Origin: Bdellovibrionales bacterium RIFOXYD12_FULL_39_22
GTDB lineage: Bacteria > Bdellovibrionota > Bacteriovoracia > Bacteriovoracales > Bacteriovoracaceae
Assembly (NCBI GenBank): GCA_001770205.1
Contig: MEQL01000012.1
Coordinates: 1 to 64,000, forward strand
Direction of reading: 5' to 3'
Length of the DNA: 64,000 nucleotides
The notes below the pieces were generated by a model. It worked only from the letters and a program-made list of their open reading frames with translations. It had not been told where the DNA came from and searched no databases. Of this stretch, positions 1 through 8,765 are shown piece after piece (the stretch's first letter is position 1; each line of letters opens with the position of its first letter). A program made the position numbers and the translations under genes.

Positions 1-280
1 CACAACCGCGTCCAATGCCAGCTCCTCAGCCGCAACCTGAGCCTATGCCGTGGCCAATGCCTGATCCGCAACCACAACCGCGTCCAATGCCAGCTCCTCA
101 GCCGCAACCTGAGCCTATGCCGTGGCCAATGCCTGATCCACAACCACAACCTCGGCCAATGCCAGTACCTCAGCCGCAACCTGAGCCTATGCCGTGGCCA
201 ATGCCTGATCCACAACCACAGCCTCGGCCAATGCCAGCTCCTCAGCCGCAACCTGAGCCTATGCCGTGGCCAATGCCACA
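1..280 (+). repeat. 72-bp coding tandem repeat, about 3.7+ copies in the window
   Basis: Units begin atgccag(c/t) at 15, 87, 159 and 231, with a partial unit before 15. Confidence 0.95.
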
Positions 281-389
281 ACCGGATCCAAATCCGCATC
301 CACAGCCACGTCCAATGCCTGGCCCAGATCCAATGCCAGATCCCAGGCCAACTCCAGTTCCTGGCCCAATGCCAAGGCCTCGCACATAA
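1..389 (+). CDS. C-terminal part of a proline-rich tandem-repeat protein (5' end lies outside the window)
   Basis: Frame 3 is open from the window edge (caa ccg cgt cca atg). It encodes the 24-aa repeat PAPQPQPEPMPWPMPDPQPQPRPM, has synonymous variation between copies, stops at 387-389 and is followed by a terminator. Confidence 0.75.
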   Translation, partial: QPRPMPAPQPQPEPMPWPMPDPQPQPRPMPAPQPQPEPMPWPMPDPQPQPRPMPVPQPQPEPMPWPMPDPQPQPRPMPAPQPQPEPMPWPMPQPDPNPHPQPRPMPGPDPMPDPRPTPVPGPMPRPRT

Positions 390-427
390 AATGTGAGTTG
401 ATAGCTTTCTTAGGTTGTTTTTTTCAT

Positions 428-462
428 GGGCCGGTAAGTACTTTACCGGCCCTTTTTTTTTT
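428..462 (+). terminator. Rho-independent terminator
   Basis: Perfect 10-bp stem GGGCCGGTAA-gtact-TTACCGGCCC followed by 10 T. Confidence 0.9.
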
Positions 463-476
463 AGTAACGTACCCCA

Positions 477-3400
477 ATGAAAACATTTAATTTTATCTCT
501 CTTACTTTATTTCTTATCTCTGGATTGACTAGTTTAGTTTATGAATCAATATGGATTCGCGTGCTCTCTTTAGGTGTAGGAGCTACCTCTACTTCCATGA
601 GCATAGTTTTATCCATTTTTTTCTTTGGATTATCAATTGGTAGTTTGCTTGCCGGCAAATTTGCTCGCAGAGTTAATAACCCACTTCTACTATATGGAAT
701 AACTGAGGGCATTATTGGACTATACGCACCTCTACTAATATATGCTCTGTTGAATTTTCATAAATTTTTGGCAATTTTACCGCTGCACGGGTCGCAAAAT
801 ATGTTGGCGCTTTTTGCCAAATTTTTTCTAGTTTTTTTACTTCTCATTATCCCTACTGTTTTGATGGGCCTAACTCTTCCTCTTCTCGTAAAATTTTTTA
901 GTACCCAGGAAACAAATATTGGTAAGCAAATAAGTTTTTTATATGGCGTAAATACTCTTGGCGCATTCTTAGGGGCCATCCTTGGCAGCTTCTTTTTTAT
1001 ACCTAAATTTGGCGTGTTGCTGGCCAACAACTTGATGGCGGCAATAAATATTGCCGTTTTTTTGGCAGTACTGATTATTAATTGGCGTTATCTTAAAGGT
1101 AACAAGTTTTTGCAACCTAAAACTTTGAAACCTAGTGCTTCGTCTATAAAAAAATTTACCCCGAACTGGCAACAAATTATTTTGATCTCCACTGCCCTCT
1201 TTGCCGGTTTTGCCTCAATCTCTTTTGAAGTTGTTTGGAACAAATACTTAGGAATATTTTTTGGCACTAATATTTATGGCCTAGGAATAATTTTAGCACT
1301 CTATCTTTTTGGCATTGGCCTAGGATCCTTACTTCTATCTCTCTATTTTCAAAAAATTAAAAATATAACCAACTTGTTCATAAACGTACTAATGTTGGCA
1401 ATTTTATTTTCTCTTCTAGCAAGCTATGCCCTAAATTACGCACCAATCCTTACAACCATTTTGGCATTCTACCTAAAAGGATGGCCCGGGATGTTGGCCA
1501 TAAAAGCTATAGTCACTGTAGTAATTTTACTTTTACCAACCTTAATGTTTGGAGCACTACTTCCTCTAATTATCGTCATGTTAACAAAATCTGCCGAAGA
1601 TGCGCCAGCAATCACCGGCCTTGCCTACGCCTGGAATACTGTGGGCTCTATTTTGGGTTCTTATTTGGCAGGAATAGTTTTTATTCCCATGTTGGGATCT
1701 GGCGCTGCCATTAAAATTGCCATGCTTGCGTTGACATTTTCTGGAATATTAGTAGTCTTTTTTTTCACACCAGATAAAAAAAGGCGACTTGTTTTTTTTC
1801 CGGTTTTTGCCTGCATTGCGTTGGTGTCAATCTTTGGTGCCAATGTTGACTTCAAAAATATTTTAAAATCTGCCTACACTCAAAGCATCTCTCCCGACAC
1901 TTCGCTTGCTGATTTAACTAAATACTATGCAAAAGATTATGAAGAATTTCAACTCATTGTAGAAGGGAAAACTGGGATTATTTCTCTTAGTCATGATCCT
2001 AAGGATGGAACTCATTATCGCGACTACTACCGACTAAAAACAAATGGATTGAATGAATCTATTTACAATAAAAATTCCATGCGCACTCTTCCCAAGTATG
2101 AAGCTTTGCTTGGACTGCTTTCTTATCTTTTTGTCCGTGACCCTCATAGCGCCTTTATTGTTGGATATGGCGGTGGATTTACTGTAGATTTTTTAACTAG
2201 CACAGATCTTCCCAATGTTTATGTTGCAGAATTAGAAGAAGGAATCATTGAAGCGGCCAACTATGTATACAAAAAAAACAACCCCATTTTAAAAAGAGAA
2301 AATTTGCGTTTAGAAATCGAAGATGCCCGATATGTGCTTAACATTGGCCGCAAGGGAGAGTATGACATCATTGTTTCTCAACCATCTCACTCCTGGTTAT
2401 CTGGAGTGGCAAATCTCTTTACTAAAGAATTTTTTGAAGTTGTTAATGCCAATTTGAGTGAGAAAGGCGTTTTTTCGCAATGGCTAAACTTATACAACCT
2501 CAATGAACCAGTTTTAAAAAGTATTCTTAAAACCTTCTATGAGGTTTTTCCCAATGGGGCAGTTTTTACGGATTTAAATGATAGTGAAATGATCATTGTA
2601 GGCTCTCGTCAACCATTAAAGCTTAATATGCAAAAACTATTGCTCATGACAAAAAATGAGACTCTCTCCACCATGCTCGCTCAAATTCCTTTTAATGATC
2701 CATATAACGCTCTCACTAACTACTCATTAAGTCGCCAAGAAATTGTAAAGTTAACTGATGAGGCAGTGATCAATACTGACATCAATGCTTATGCAGAAGT
2801 AAAACAGAGTGCACTTTTTTATTCTGATTCAAAATATAATACCTCGCCACAGGCATTTTTAAGCAAACATTTTAGTGGAAACTTTTCCTATATTTTAGGA
2901 ACAGATTACAGCGAACGGCCCGACTTTGTATTTAATATGCTAAATGCATATCAAAATATGGGAAAAGACGACAAGCTTCTAACGATGTTGGCACATGTTG
3001 ATGCTGATAAATATCAAGATGATCCGGCCGCACTTTCTTCTCTAGGTTCTCTTTTTTACTCTGCTGAGCGCTATGCCTCTGCCGAGCGCGTGCTTCTTCT
3101 CGCAATGCAAGTTATAAAAAATCCCTCTGGGCCAACCATTGCCACCCTTCTGGCCACCTTAACGGCCCAACGAAAATACAAACAGGCATTGGATCTAATT
3201 AATTCCAGTAATAACAAAAAAGATGCTCTGGTGCTCTGCCACAAGGCCAATCTGCTATATGAACTTAACGATCATGAAAAGTTTATTAAACTTTATACAC
3301 AATCAATAAACCCCTTCGAGCAAACCTATCTTGCCGAGTGCGGAATCTATTTTCATAAAATAAAGGGATATGCACAGTACTTACAAAAAAATTACCAAGA

Positions 3401-3668
3401 CGCCCTACTTTCACTAGGAGAGTATTATCGCAATTATCCCAACGACATTAGCGCAATGAAGGGAATTGTTGCGGCATATCGTGCCATTGGTAATACCGAA
3501 ATGGTTGAGGCCTTCGCTCAAACAATCGCCCGCGTAGCAAAGTCAAACAGTAACCGCCTATTAACATTGGCCACCCGCTACGATTTGCATAATTTGTCAG
3601 GCAAAAGTATTGATGCTCATGCCTTGCGATCAATCGCTAAAGATTTGGACGCCTACACCGAAAAATAG
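477..3668 (+). CDS. Fused MFS-like membrane domain / spermidine-synthase-like SAM-binding domain / C-terminal TPR-like region
   Basis: Duplicated TM block (SGLTSLVYESIWIR / AGFASISFEVVWNK; LYGVNTLGA / AYAWNTVGS), then IVGYGGG, EDAR, YDIIVSQPSHSW, NLFTKEFF and SQWL motifs, then a helical TPR-like tail. Confidence 0.85.
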   Translation: MKTFNFISLTLFLISGLTSLVYESIWIRVLSLGVGATSTSMSIVLSIFFFGLSIGSLLAGKFARRVNNPLLLYGITEGIIGLYAPLLIYALLNFHKFLAILPLHGSQNMLALFAKFFLVFLLLIIPTVLMGLTLPLLVKFFSTQETNIGKQISFLYGVNTLGAFLGAILGSFFFIPKFGVLLANNLMAAINIAVFLAVLIINWRYLKGNKFLQPKTLKPSASSIKKFTPNWQQIILISTALFAGFASISFEVVWNKYLGIFFGTNIYGLGIILALYLFGIGLGSLLLSLYFQKIKNITNLFINVLMLAILFSLLASYALNYAPILTTILAFYLKGWPGMLAIKAIVTVVILLLPTLMFGALLPLIIVMLTKSAEDAPAITGLAYAWNTVGSILGSYLAGIVFIPMLGSGAAIKIAMLALTFSGILVVFFFTPDKKRRLVFFPVFACIALVSIFGANVDFKNILKSAYTQSISPDTSLADLTKYYAKDYEEFQLIVEGKTGIISLSHDPKDGTHYRDYYRLKTNGLNESIYNKNSMRTLPKYEALLGLLSYLFVRDPHSAFIVGYGGGFTVDFLTSTDLPNVYVAELEEGIIEAANYVYKKNNPILKRENLRLEIEDARYVLNIGRKGEYDIIVSQPSHSWLSGVANLFTKEFFEVVNANLSEKGVFSQWLNLYNLNEPVLKSILKTFYEVFPNGAVFTDLNDSEMIIVGSRQPLKLNMQKLLLMTKNETLSTMLAQIPFNDPYNALTNYSLSRQEIVKLTDEAVINTDINAYAEVKQSALFYSDSKYNTSPQAFLSKHFSGNFSYILGTDYSERPDFVFNMLNAYQNMGKDDKLLTMLAHVDADKYQDDPAALSSLGSLFYSAERYASAERVLLLAMQVIKNPSGPTIATLLATLTAQRKYKQALDLINSSNNKKDALVLCHKANLLYELNDHEKFIKLYTQSINPFEQTYLAECGIYFHKIKGYAQYLQKNYQDALLSLGEYYRNYPNDISAMKGIVAAYRAIGNTEMVEAFAQTIARVAKSNSNRLLTLATRYDLHNLSGKSIDAHALRSIAKDLDAYTEK

Positions 3669-3670
3669 AC

Positions 3671-5002
3671 ATGGTTTTCTGGCGACTGCTTTTAATCATT
3701 AATTGTTTTTTTTGTTTTACTGCGTGGCCCACTGAGGCCGGCATAGATTATTCTAAAACAGTAGATTTTTTTCCCATCTCAGACTATGAGCTAACTGCCC
3801 CATCTGTGGCACCACCGGAAATAACCAAATTAGGCGAAGACGTATTAGATATAATTGAGAAGCTGTATGACAAAAGTTTATCTGACAACTCTCAAATAGA
3901 GTGGGATGATTTTTCTAAGTTTTATAACAGCAAAAATAGTGCAAATTTCTATTTGAGTTTAAATAAATTTGCCAGAAACAAACAAGAGCTCTGTGCAGCA
4001 AATCAAAATAATCAAGATCAAAATAGTATCTCACCCACTGTAACTTGGAAGGGCCCTTTTCCTTCGGAACTAATAGAATCTGTAGGAGTAAGCTATGGGC
4101 CGACGCAACACAGATTACTAAAATTAGATTTAAGTGCCAAAGAAAGCTTGGCCGCTGAACCGGCATGGCTTGAAATAATCGAAAAAAAAAATGGGGCCAC
4201 AAAGATAAAATTATATCGCATTGCCGATGTTAATGTTGACTCCACTTCCGGGATCTCAACGGTGGATACTTCGATTAAGGCCAATGGAGGTACTCTTGGC
4301 TCTAAGATTCAGATTCCTTCTGCGCCGACAACACCAGGCCGTGAACTAGAAATACAGGACGCCCCACCAAATCCCTCCAGCAACGTCTATGGTGAAATTG
4401 ATCTTCCAGGAATTCCAATCGCTAAGTTGGCCGGCCAAATATCTAAGTCAGATAATTTAAGTCAAACTGATATTTCCGCAAAGATTGCCCCCACTTCCTT
4501 TATGGAAGTAGCTATAACGCAGAAAAAAATCATAGATGAAGTTAATTCGAAAATTAGTGAGGGGCCAGAAGTAGTCGGCTCTATTATTCCCTCAAAAATA
4601 TTCTCTTTTGAATTCGGTGCCGGCATGATGGATACTGTTGTTGAAAATATGAAAGACGCCAACGCCGATCCGCAAACTACCAAATACATCTTAGGCAAAA
4701 CTAATATAGCATTAGGCAATACTAAATTATCTGTCACTAGCGAAAGGGCCACCAGCGAAAATTCTGAAAAATATTCAACTGTGGCATTTCGTGTAGAGTC
4801 TCCTCTTGATTTTTCAGGTGTTGAGGCATCGGCCATTAGTGAGGTTAAGCATAACAGCTTTAACAACAGTACCGATACAAATTTAGGCATAACGGTACCT
4901 GTAGATATTTTGCGTAAAAAAGTCCAGCTAAAAAACAGCATCTCTCACAAAACGAATGATAACAGCACCACCGCATGGATAATTTTCAAACTACCATTTT
5001 AA
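3671..5002 (+). CDS. Hypothetical exported protein, possible outer-membrane beta-barrel C-terminus
   Basis: Signal-peptide-like N-terminus, amphipathic beta-strand pattern in the C-terminal half, terminal Phe (AWIIFKLPF), 2 bp after the upstream stop. Confidence 0.6.
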   Translation: MVFWRLLLIINCFFCFTAWPTEAGIDYSKTVDFFPISDYELTAPSVAPPEITKLGEDVLDIIEKLYDKSLSDNSQIEWDDFSKFYNSKNSANFYLSLNKFARNKQELCAANQNNQDQNSISPTVTWKGPFPSELIESVGVSYGPTQHRLLKLDLSAKESLAAEPAWLEIIEKKNGATKIKLYRIADVNVDSTSGISTVDTSIKANGGTLGSKIQIPSAPTTPGRELEIQDAPPNPSSNVYGEIDLPGIPIAKLAGQISKSDNLSQTDISAKIAPTSFMEVAITQKKIIDEVNSKISEGPEVVGSIIPSKIFSFEFGAGMMDTVVENMKDANADPQTTKYILGKTNIALGNTKLSVTSERATSENSEKYSTVAFRVESPLDFSGVEASAISEVKHNSFNNSTDTNLGITVPVDILRKKVQLKNSISHKTNDNSTTAWIIFKLPF

Positions 5003-5451
5003 TTTTTTTTGTGGCCAAAGATTCGATTGAGTTTACCAATTAGGGCAGATTTAGTAAGAGGTTTTACTATATAATTTGCCGCTCCCAATTCAATGGCGTC
5101 CATAATAATTGGCAACTCATTTTGAGTACTCATTATCAAAAACGGCGTATTTTTTACTTCATCTATGTTTTTCAAATTTTCTAATAACTGCAGTCCATCC
5201 ATATTGGGCATATTTATATCTGAGATAATCAAATCATAACTATCTCCGGCCGAGGAACTATCTAGAATTTTATCTAAGGCCATCTGTCCATCTTCGGCCT
5301 CATCAATATCTTTAATTCCCAACATCTTCAACATGATCTTGGCCTCAATCAGCATCGATTTAACATCATCAACTAATAAGACCCGCATATTCAAATCTAC
5401 ACTGCCACTTAACTTATCTTCATTGGTCATAGTCATGGGATTCATTCTCAA
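4999..5451 (-). CDS. Single-domain CheY-like response regulator
   Basis: LLVDD, ISDINMPNMDG, MST and YIVKP receiver motifs. The exact start among several Met codons is uncertain. Confidence 0.9.
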   Translation of the reverse strand: MRMNPMTMTNEDKLSGSVDLNMRVLLVDDVKSMLIEAKIMLKMLGIKDIDEAEDGQMALDKILDSSSAGDSYDLIISDINMPNMDGLQLLENLKNIDEVKNTPFLIMSTQNELPIIMDAIELGAANYIVKPLTKSALIGKLNRIFGHKKN

Positions 5452-5479
5452 TTATAGGTTAAAAAAAGAAGGCAATATT

Positions 5480-5962
5480 CTAACCATACTGCTTAATAAA
5501 CTTCAAGTATTTTGACTCAATAACATCAATCTCGCTATTGCCTTGGCATTTGGAGCATGGAACAAATTCTTTTGTCTCCATCCCACTCCTTGTATAATCT
5601 TTTCCTCTTTCACACAAAAGCATAGTCTGTTTATCACATTCCTCACAATAGTATGGCAGATAGAAAGACTCAATATATCCATTGGCCGGCATTAGTCCTT
5701 CGATCATATTAATTTGCTCAATCAAAATTCTTGGACAATTTCTATATAAGACCTCTATGGAAGCTGGAATATTTCTTAACCAAACTACCCATTCACGAAT
5801 TCCGCAAGAATTGATAAGATTTAATTCTTTAAAATCAAACACTATTTTTTTTACTGCAGACAGTGTCAACTGAGGGAAACGAACATCCTCATCGACGGCA
5901 CCACCGATGGTTATCTGCAACGTTTCTAGCTCCTGTTTTGTACTGCATTGAAATGCGCCCAT
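5480..5962 (-). CDS. STAS-like (anti-sigma antagonist type) protein with C-terminal zinc ribbon
   Basis: ITIGGAVDE...IVFDFKELNLINSCGIREW resembles the STAS phospho-Ser motif. CEEC...CSKC cysteine pairs follow. Confidence 0.7.
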   Translation of the reverse strand: MGAFQCSTKQELETLQITIGGAVDEDVRFPQLTLSAVKKIVFDFKELNLINSCGIREWVVWLRNIPASIEVLYRNCPRILIEQINMIEGLMPANGYIESFYLPYYCEECDKQTMLLCERGKDYTRSGMETKEFVPCSKCQGNSEIDVIESKYLKFIKQYG

Positions 5963-6002
5963 CTCTTATCTACCTCCTATTTTATCCGCAACTAAGCTTA
6001 GA

Positions 6003-8765
6003 CTAGTTAACAACTATATGCACGTTCTTTCTAATCTCTTCGCTGGCCCGATTTATATTAATCGGTAATGTAAAGACTACGCAAGTCTCCACTGCTTTAT
6101 TTACAATTAAAAAAACTGAATCACTTCTGTCTAGCATTAATCGTACCCCTATTCCTGAGCCGCCATAGCTGTTCATATCCATTCCTTTATCCAGGCCAAG
6201 GTCATAGGTGATATTAAGGCGCGAGACTATTTCAGAAGGGGATAGGCTACCAAATTGATCAACACATCCCACAATAACTTTATTGCCACTAATATCAATT
6301 TTCACAAATACGGCCGCCGCTCTTTTCGAAAATACGCGGCCCTGTCGCCCAACTTTTTTGCGCTTTCCATTAATAACTACGCTCGGGGCATTAAAAATAG
6401 CATTAGTAAAAAGCTCATCCACTAGAAGTTTAATATCATGTTTGATTCTAACGATACGTGGAATTTTATCAAGTCGACGTTCTAGATCTTCTAAAACTAA
6501 AAATTTTTGATCCGACGAGTGAAAAAACCAAACAAATTGATCTCCTTCATCAAGATTCCATTCATGACTATACGTTCCTGTTACAAAAGGTGCAGTCAAA
6601 TTACGAGAGAAAACTTCCAAAATTTCAGCAATGGGATCACTCATAAATGCCGGTCTATTGGAAGCAACCTTCAATGCCAGGGCCACATGTTTAAAATAGT
6701 CCCCATCTTTGACGTTTATTAAATGGCGCACTCCTTGATCTATATTTGTTAAAAAAGGAATTAATTGTCCAAGAGATAAATTATCATAAAAACCAACAGA
6801 ATGATTGGCCAAGCTTGAAGAAGAGAAATCACCATTCAGATTAACCAGGGGCAAAACTCCTAGCAAATGTCGCGGAATAGCTTTTTCAACTGTCATGATG
6901 ACATCTTGCGTTTGAGCATAAGTTGTCGGCAACTCTCCAGAACTTTTTATCCGCATTCCAAAAAAAGTTACATCATCTGCCAGCGGAGTATTTTTTCTAA
7001 AAAGCTCGGCCTCATCAACTATGGACTTTATAACTGCTGGCAGATGCATACTCTTATTCAAGGACTCCAAGGCCAATTTTACAAATTTTCTCTCCCCTAA
7101 TAATTCTCCGCCGGGGCCATGCATCTCCACAACTCCATCCGTATAAAACAAAATAACGTCTCCCTCATTTAATTGAACTTTTGCGGTAGAGTAATTAGGA
7201 TTTGGCCGATCTCCCAACCTTGGGCCATTGGCCTCCGACAATGTGTCCATAGTTTTCTTGGAAAACTCTGAACCATTTTTTCTAAAAATATAAGGAGCAT
7301 CATGGCCGCTATTGGCGTATTCAAGGGTTTTAGTTTTTAAATTTAAAAATGCTACAAAAAAAGTCATACACATTTTACCATGCGAATTTTCATAAATTGC
7401 ATGATTTAAAAATGCTAATGCCAAGGCCGGAGAGGTAACACTTAATCTTGAGATAATTGAAACTGTAGCTTTTGCCGCACTCGTAATCAAGGCCGCTGGT
7501 GCCCCATGTCCAGTGGCGTCTCCGATCCAAAGCTGCACAATCCCCTCTTTTTCATTATAAAACCACCAGTCTCCTCCACATTCACTGGCCGGCCGATAGT
7601 GGCCAGATATCTCTACCATCCCATTGTGATAATAATCTGAAGGAAAAAGATTTTCCTGAACTGTTTTGGCGGTGGCCAACTCCGATTCCATTCTGGCCTT
7701 TTCGGCGGTGGCCGACATAAGCCCTGATATCTTTCCGGCCATTTCATTAAAGCTGTCTGAGAGCATCCCAATTTCATCATTAGAACGACGGGCCAGAGAA
7801 ATATTAAAATTACCTTTGGCCACTTCTAAGGTTGCCTGCGCTAATTCTCGCAAACCAAGAGTAGTTTTATTAGAGGTAAAAATACTTATAATCACTGCAA
7901 GTGAAATTAGGGCCACAAAAAACAAAAGTGATTTTTTCAACAAAACATCAATTGCACTTAGCGCAGTTGCTCTTTTTATATTTGAAAGAATAAACCAATC
8001 AGATATTCCCACCTGGGTAAAAGAAGTAAGCCATTTCTCACCATCTGGTGATAACGATTCTAATGTTCCTTCTTTAAAATTCTGCCCTTTCAATTTTGGC
8101 AGAAAGCTCCAATTCGCAAAGGAGTATTTTTTATTTTTTTCCTCTTTCGCTTCCGGAGAAATAATAATGTCTCCACTTTGACGAATTAAAAATTTGTTAT
8201 AAACTGACTTTCCTTTAAACACATCCAAGATACTGTCGGATTTAATTAATGACAGTATATAAAGTTCCGCTTTTGTCGTTTCGTTAATATGCTTTATGCC
8301 AAACCAAATTAGATCATTTTCCTTGCTAAGATCCATCACGATACTAGACTGGTCTATTGCTGATAACAATTGTGTGGCATAAGTAAAATCGTCTTTTACC
8401 CCATCGTCTTTTGACAATTGGGCCATCTTTAAAAATTGGCCATTTTGATTTTCATAGACTTGCAATAACGCAAGTGACTCGTTGATGGTAAAAATATTTT
8501 TGCCGATTTCATCAAAACTCTTTGCCTCGGAGGAAAAACCCTCTAATACCGGCCGAAGCTGATTAACTGCGACATTCGTTTCGGCCCTAATTTGTGAGGC
8601 CACTGTTTTGGTTACGGCCATGCTCGAATCAAAAATATAAGCAATTTTATCTTTTTCAAAAAGATTAAAAACTAACGCCAAATATAATCCCAAAAAGACC
8701 ACTGGCAAACTAACCAGCAGGATAAGCAATTTGACTTGAATAGATAGGCCCGATTTTGTACTCAT
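6003..8765 (-). CDS. Membrane sensor: Cache-like periplasmic domain, HAMP, SpoIIE/PP2C phosphatase, C-terminal RsbW-like GHKL domain
   Basis: Two TM segments; HAMP (NDEIGMLSDSFNEM); PP2C motifs GGDWW, IGDATGHG, YTDG and DDVT; C-terminal ELFTNAIFNAP, DQFG and GGSGIG. Confidence 0.85.
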   Translation of the reverse strand: MSTKSGLSIQVKLLILLVSLPVVFLGLYLALVFNLFEKDKIAYIFDSSMAVTKTVASQIRAETNVAVNQLRPVLEGFSSEAKSFDEIGKNIFTINESLALLQVYENQNGQFLKMAQLSKDDGVKDDFTYATQLLSAIDQSSIVMDLSKENDLIWFGIKHINETTKAELYILSLIKSDSILDVFKGKSVYNKFLIRQSGDIIISPEAKEEKNKKYSFANWSFLPKLKGQNFKEGTLESLSPDGEKWLTSFTQVGISDWFILSNIKRATALSAIDVLLKKSLLFFVALISLAVIISIFTSNKTTLGLRELAQATLEVAKGNFNISLARRSNDEIGMLSDSFNEMAGKISGLMSATAEKARMESELATAKTVQENLFPSDYYHNGMVEISGHYRPASECGGDWWFYNEKEGIVQLWIGDATGHGAPAALITSAAKATVSIISRLSVTSPALALAFLNHAIYENSHGKMCMTFFVAFLNLKTKTLEYANSGHDAPYIFRKNGSEFSKKTMDTLSEANGPRLGDRPNPNYSTAKVQLNEGDVILFYTDGVVEMHGPGGELLGERKFVKLALESLNKSMHLPAVIKSIVDEAELFRKNTPLADDVTFFGMRIKSSGELPTTYAQTQDVIMTVEKAIPRHLLGVLPLVNLNGDFSSSSLANHSVGFYDNLSLGQLIPFLTNIDQGVRHLINVKDGDYFKHVALALKVASNRPAFMSDPIAEILEVFSRNLTAPFVTGTYSHEWNLDEGDQFVWFFHSSDQKFLVLEDLERRLDKIPRIVRIKHDIKLLVDELFTNAIFNAPSVVINGKRKKVGRQGRVFSKRAAAVFVKIDISGNKVIVGCVDQFGSLSPSEIVSRLNITYDLGLDKGMDMNSYGGSGIGVRLMLDRSDSVFLIVNKAVETCVVFTLPININRASEEIRKNVHIVVN

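Noticed and set aside
1..300. Tandem repeat as a possible CRISPR array
   Set aside because: The units are contiguous with no unique spacers, the length is a multiple of 3, variation is mostly synonymous, and there are no cas genes.
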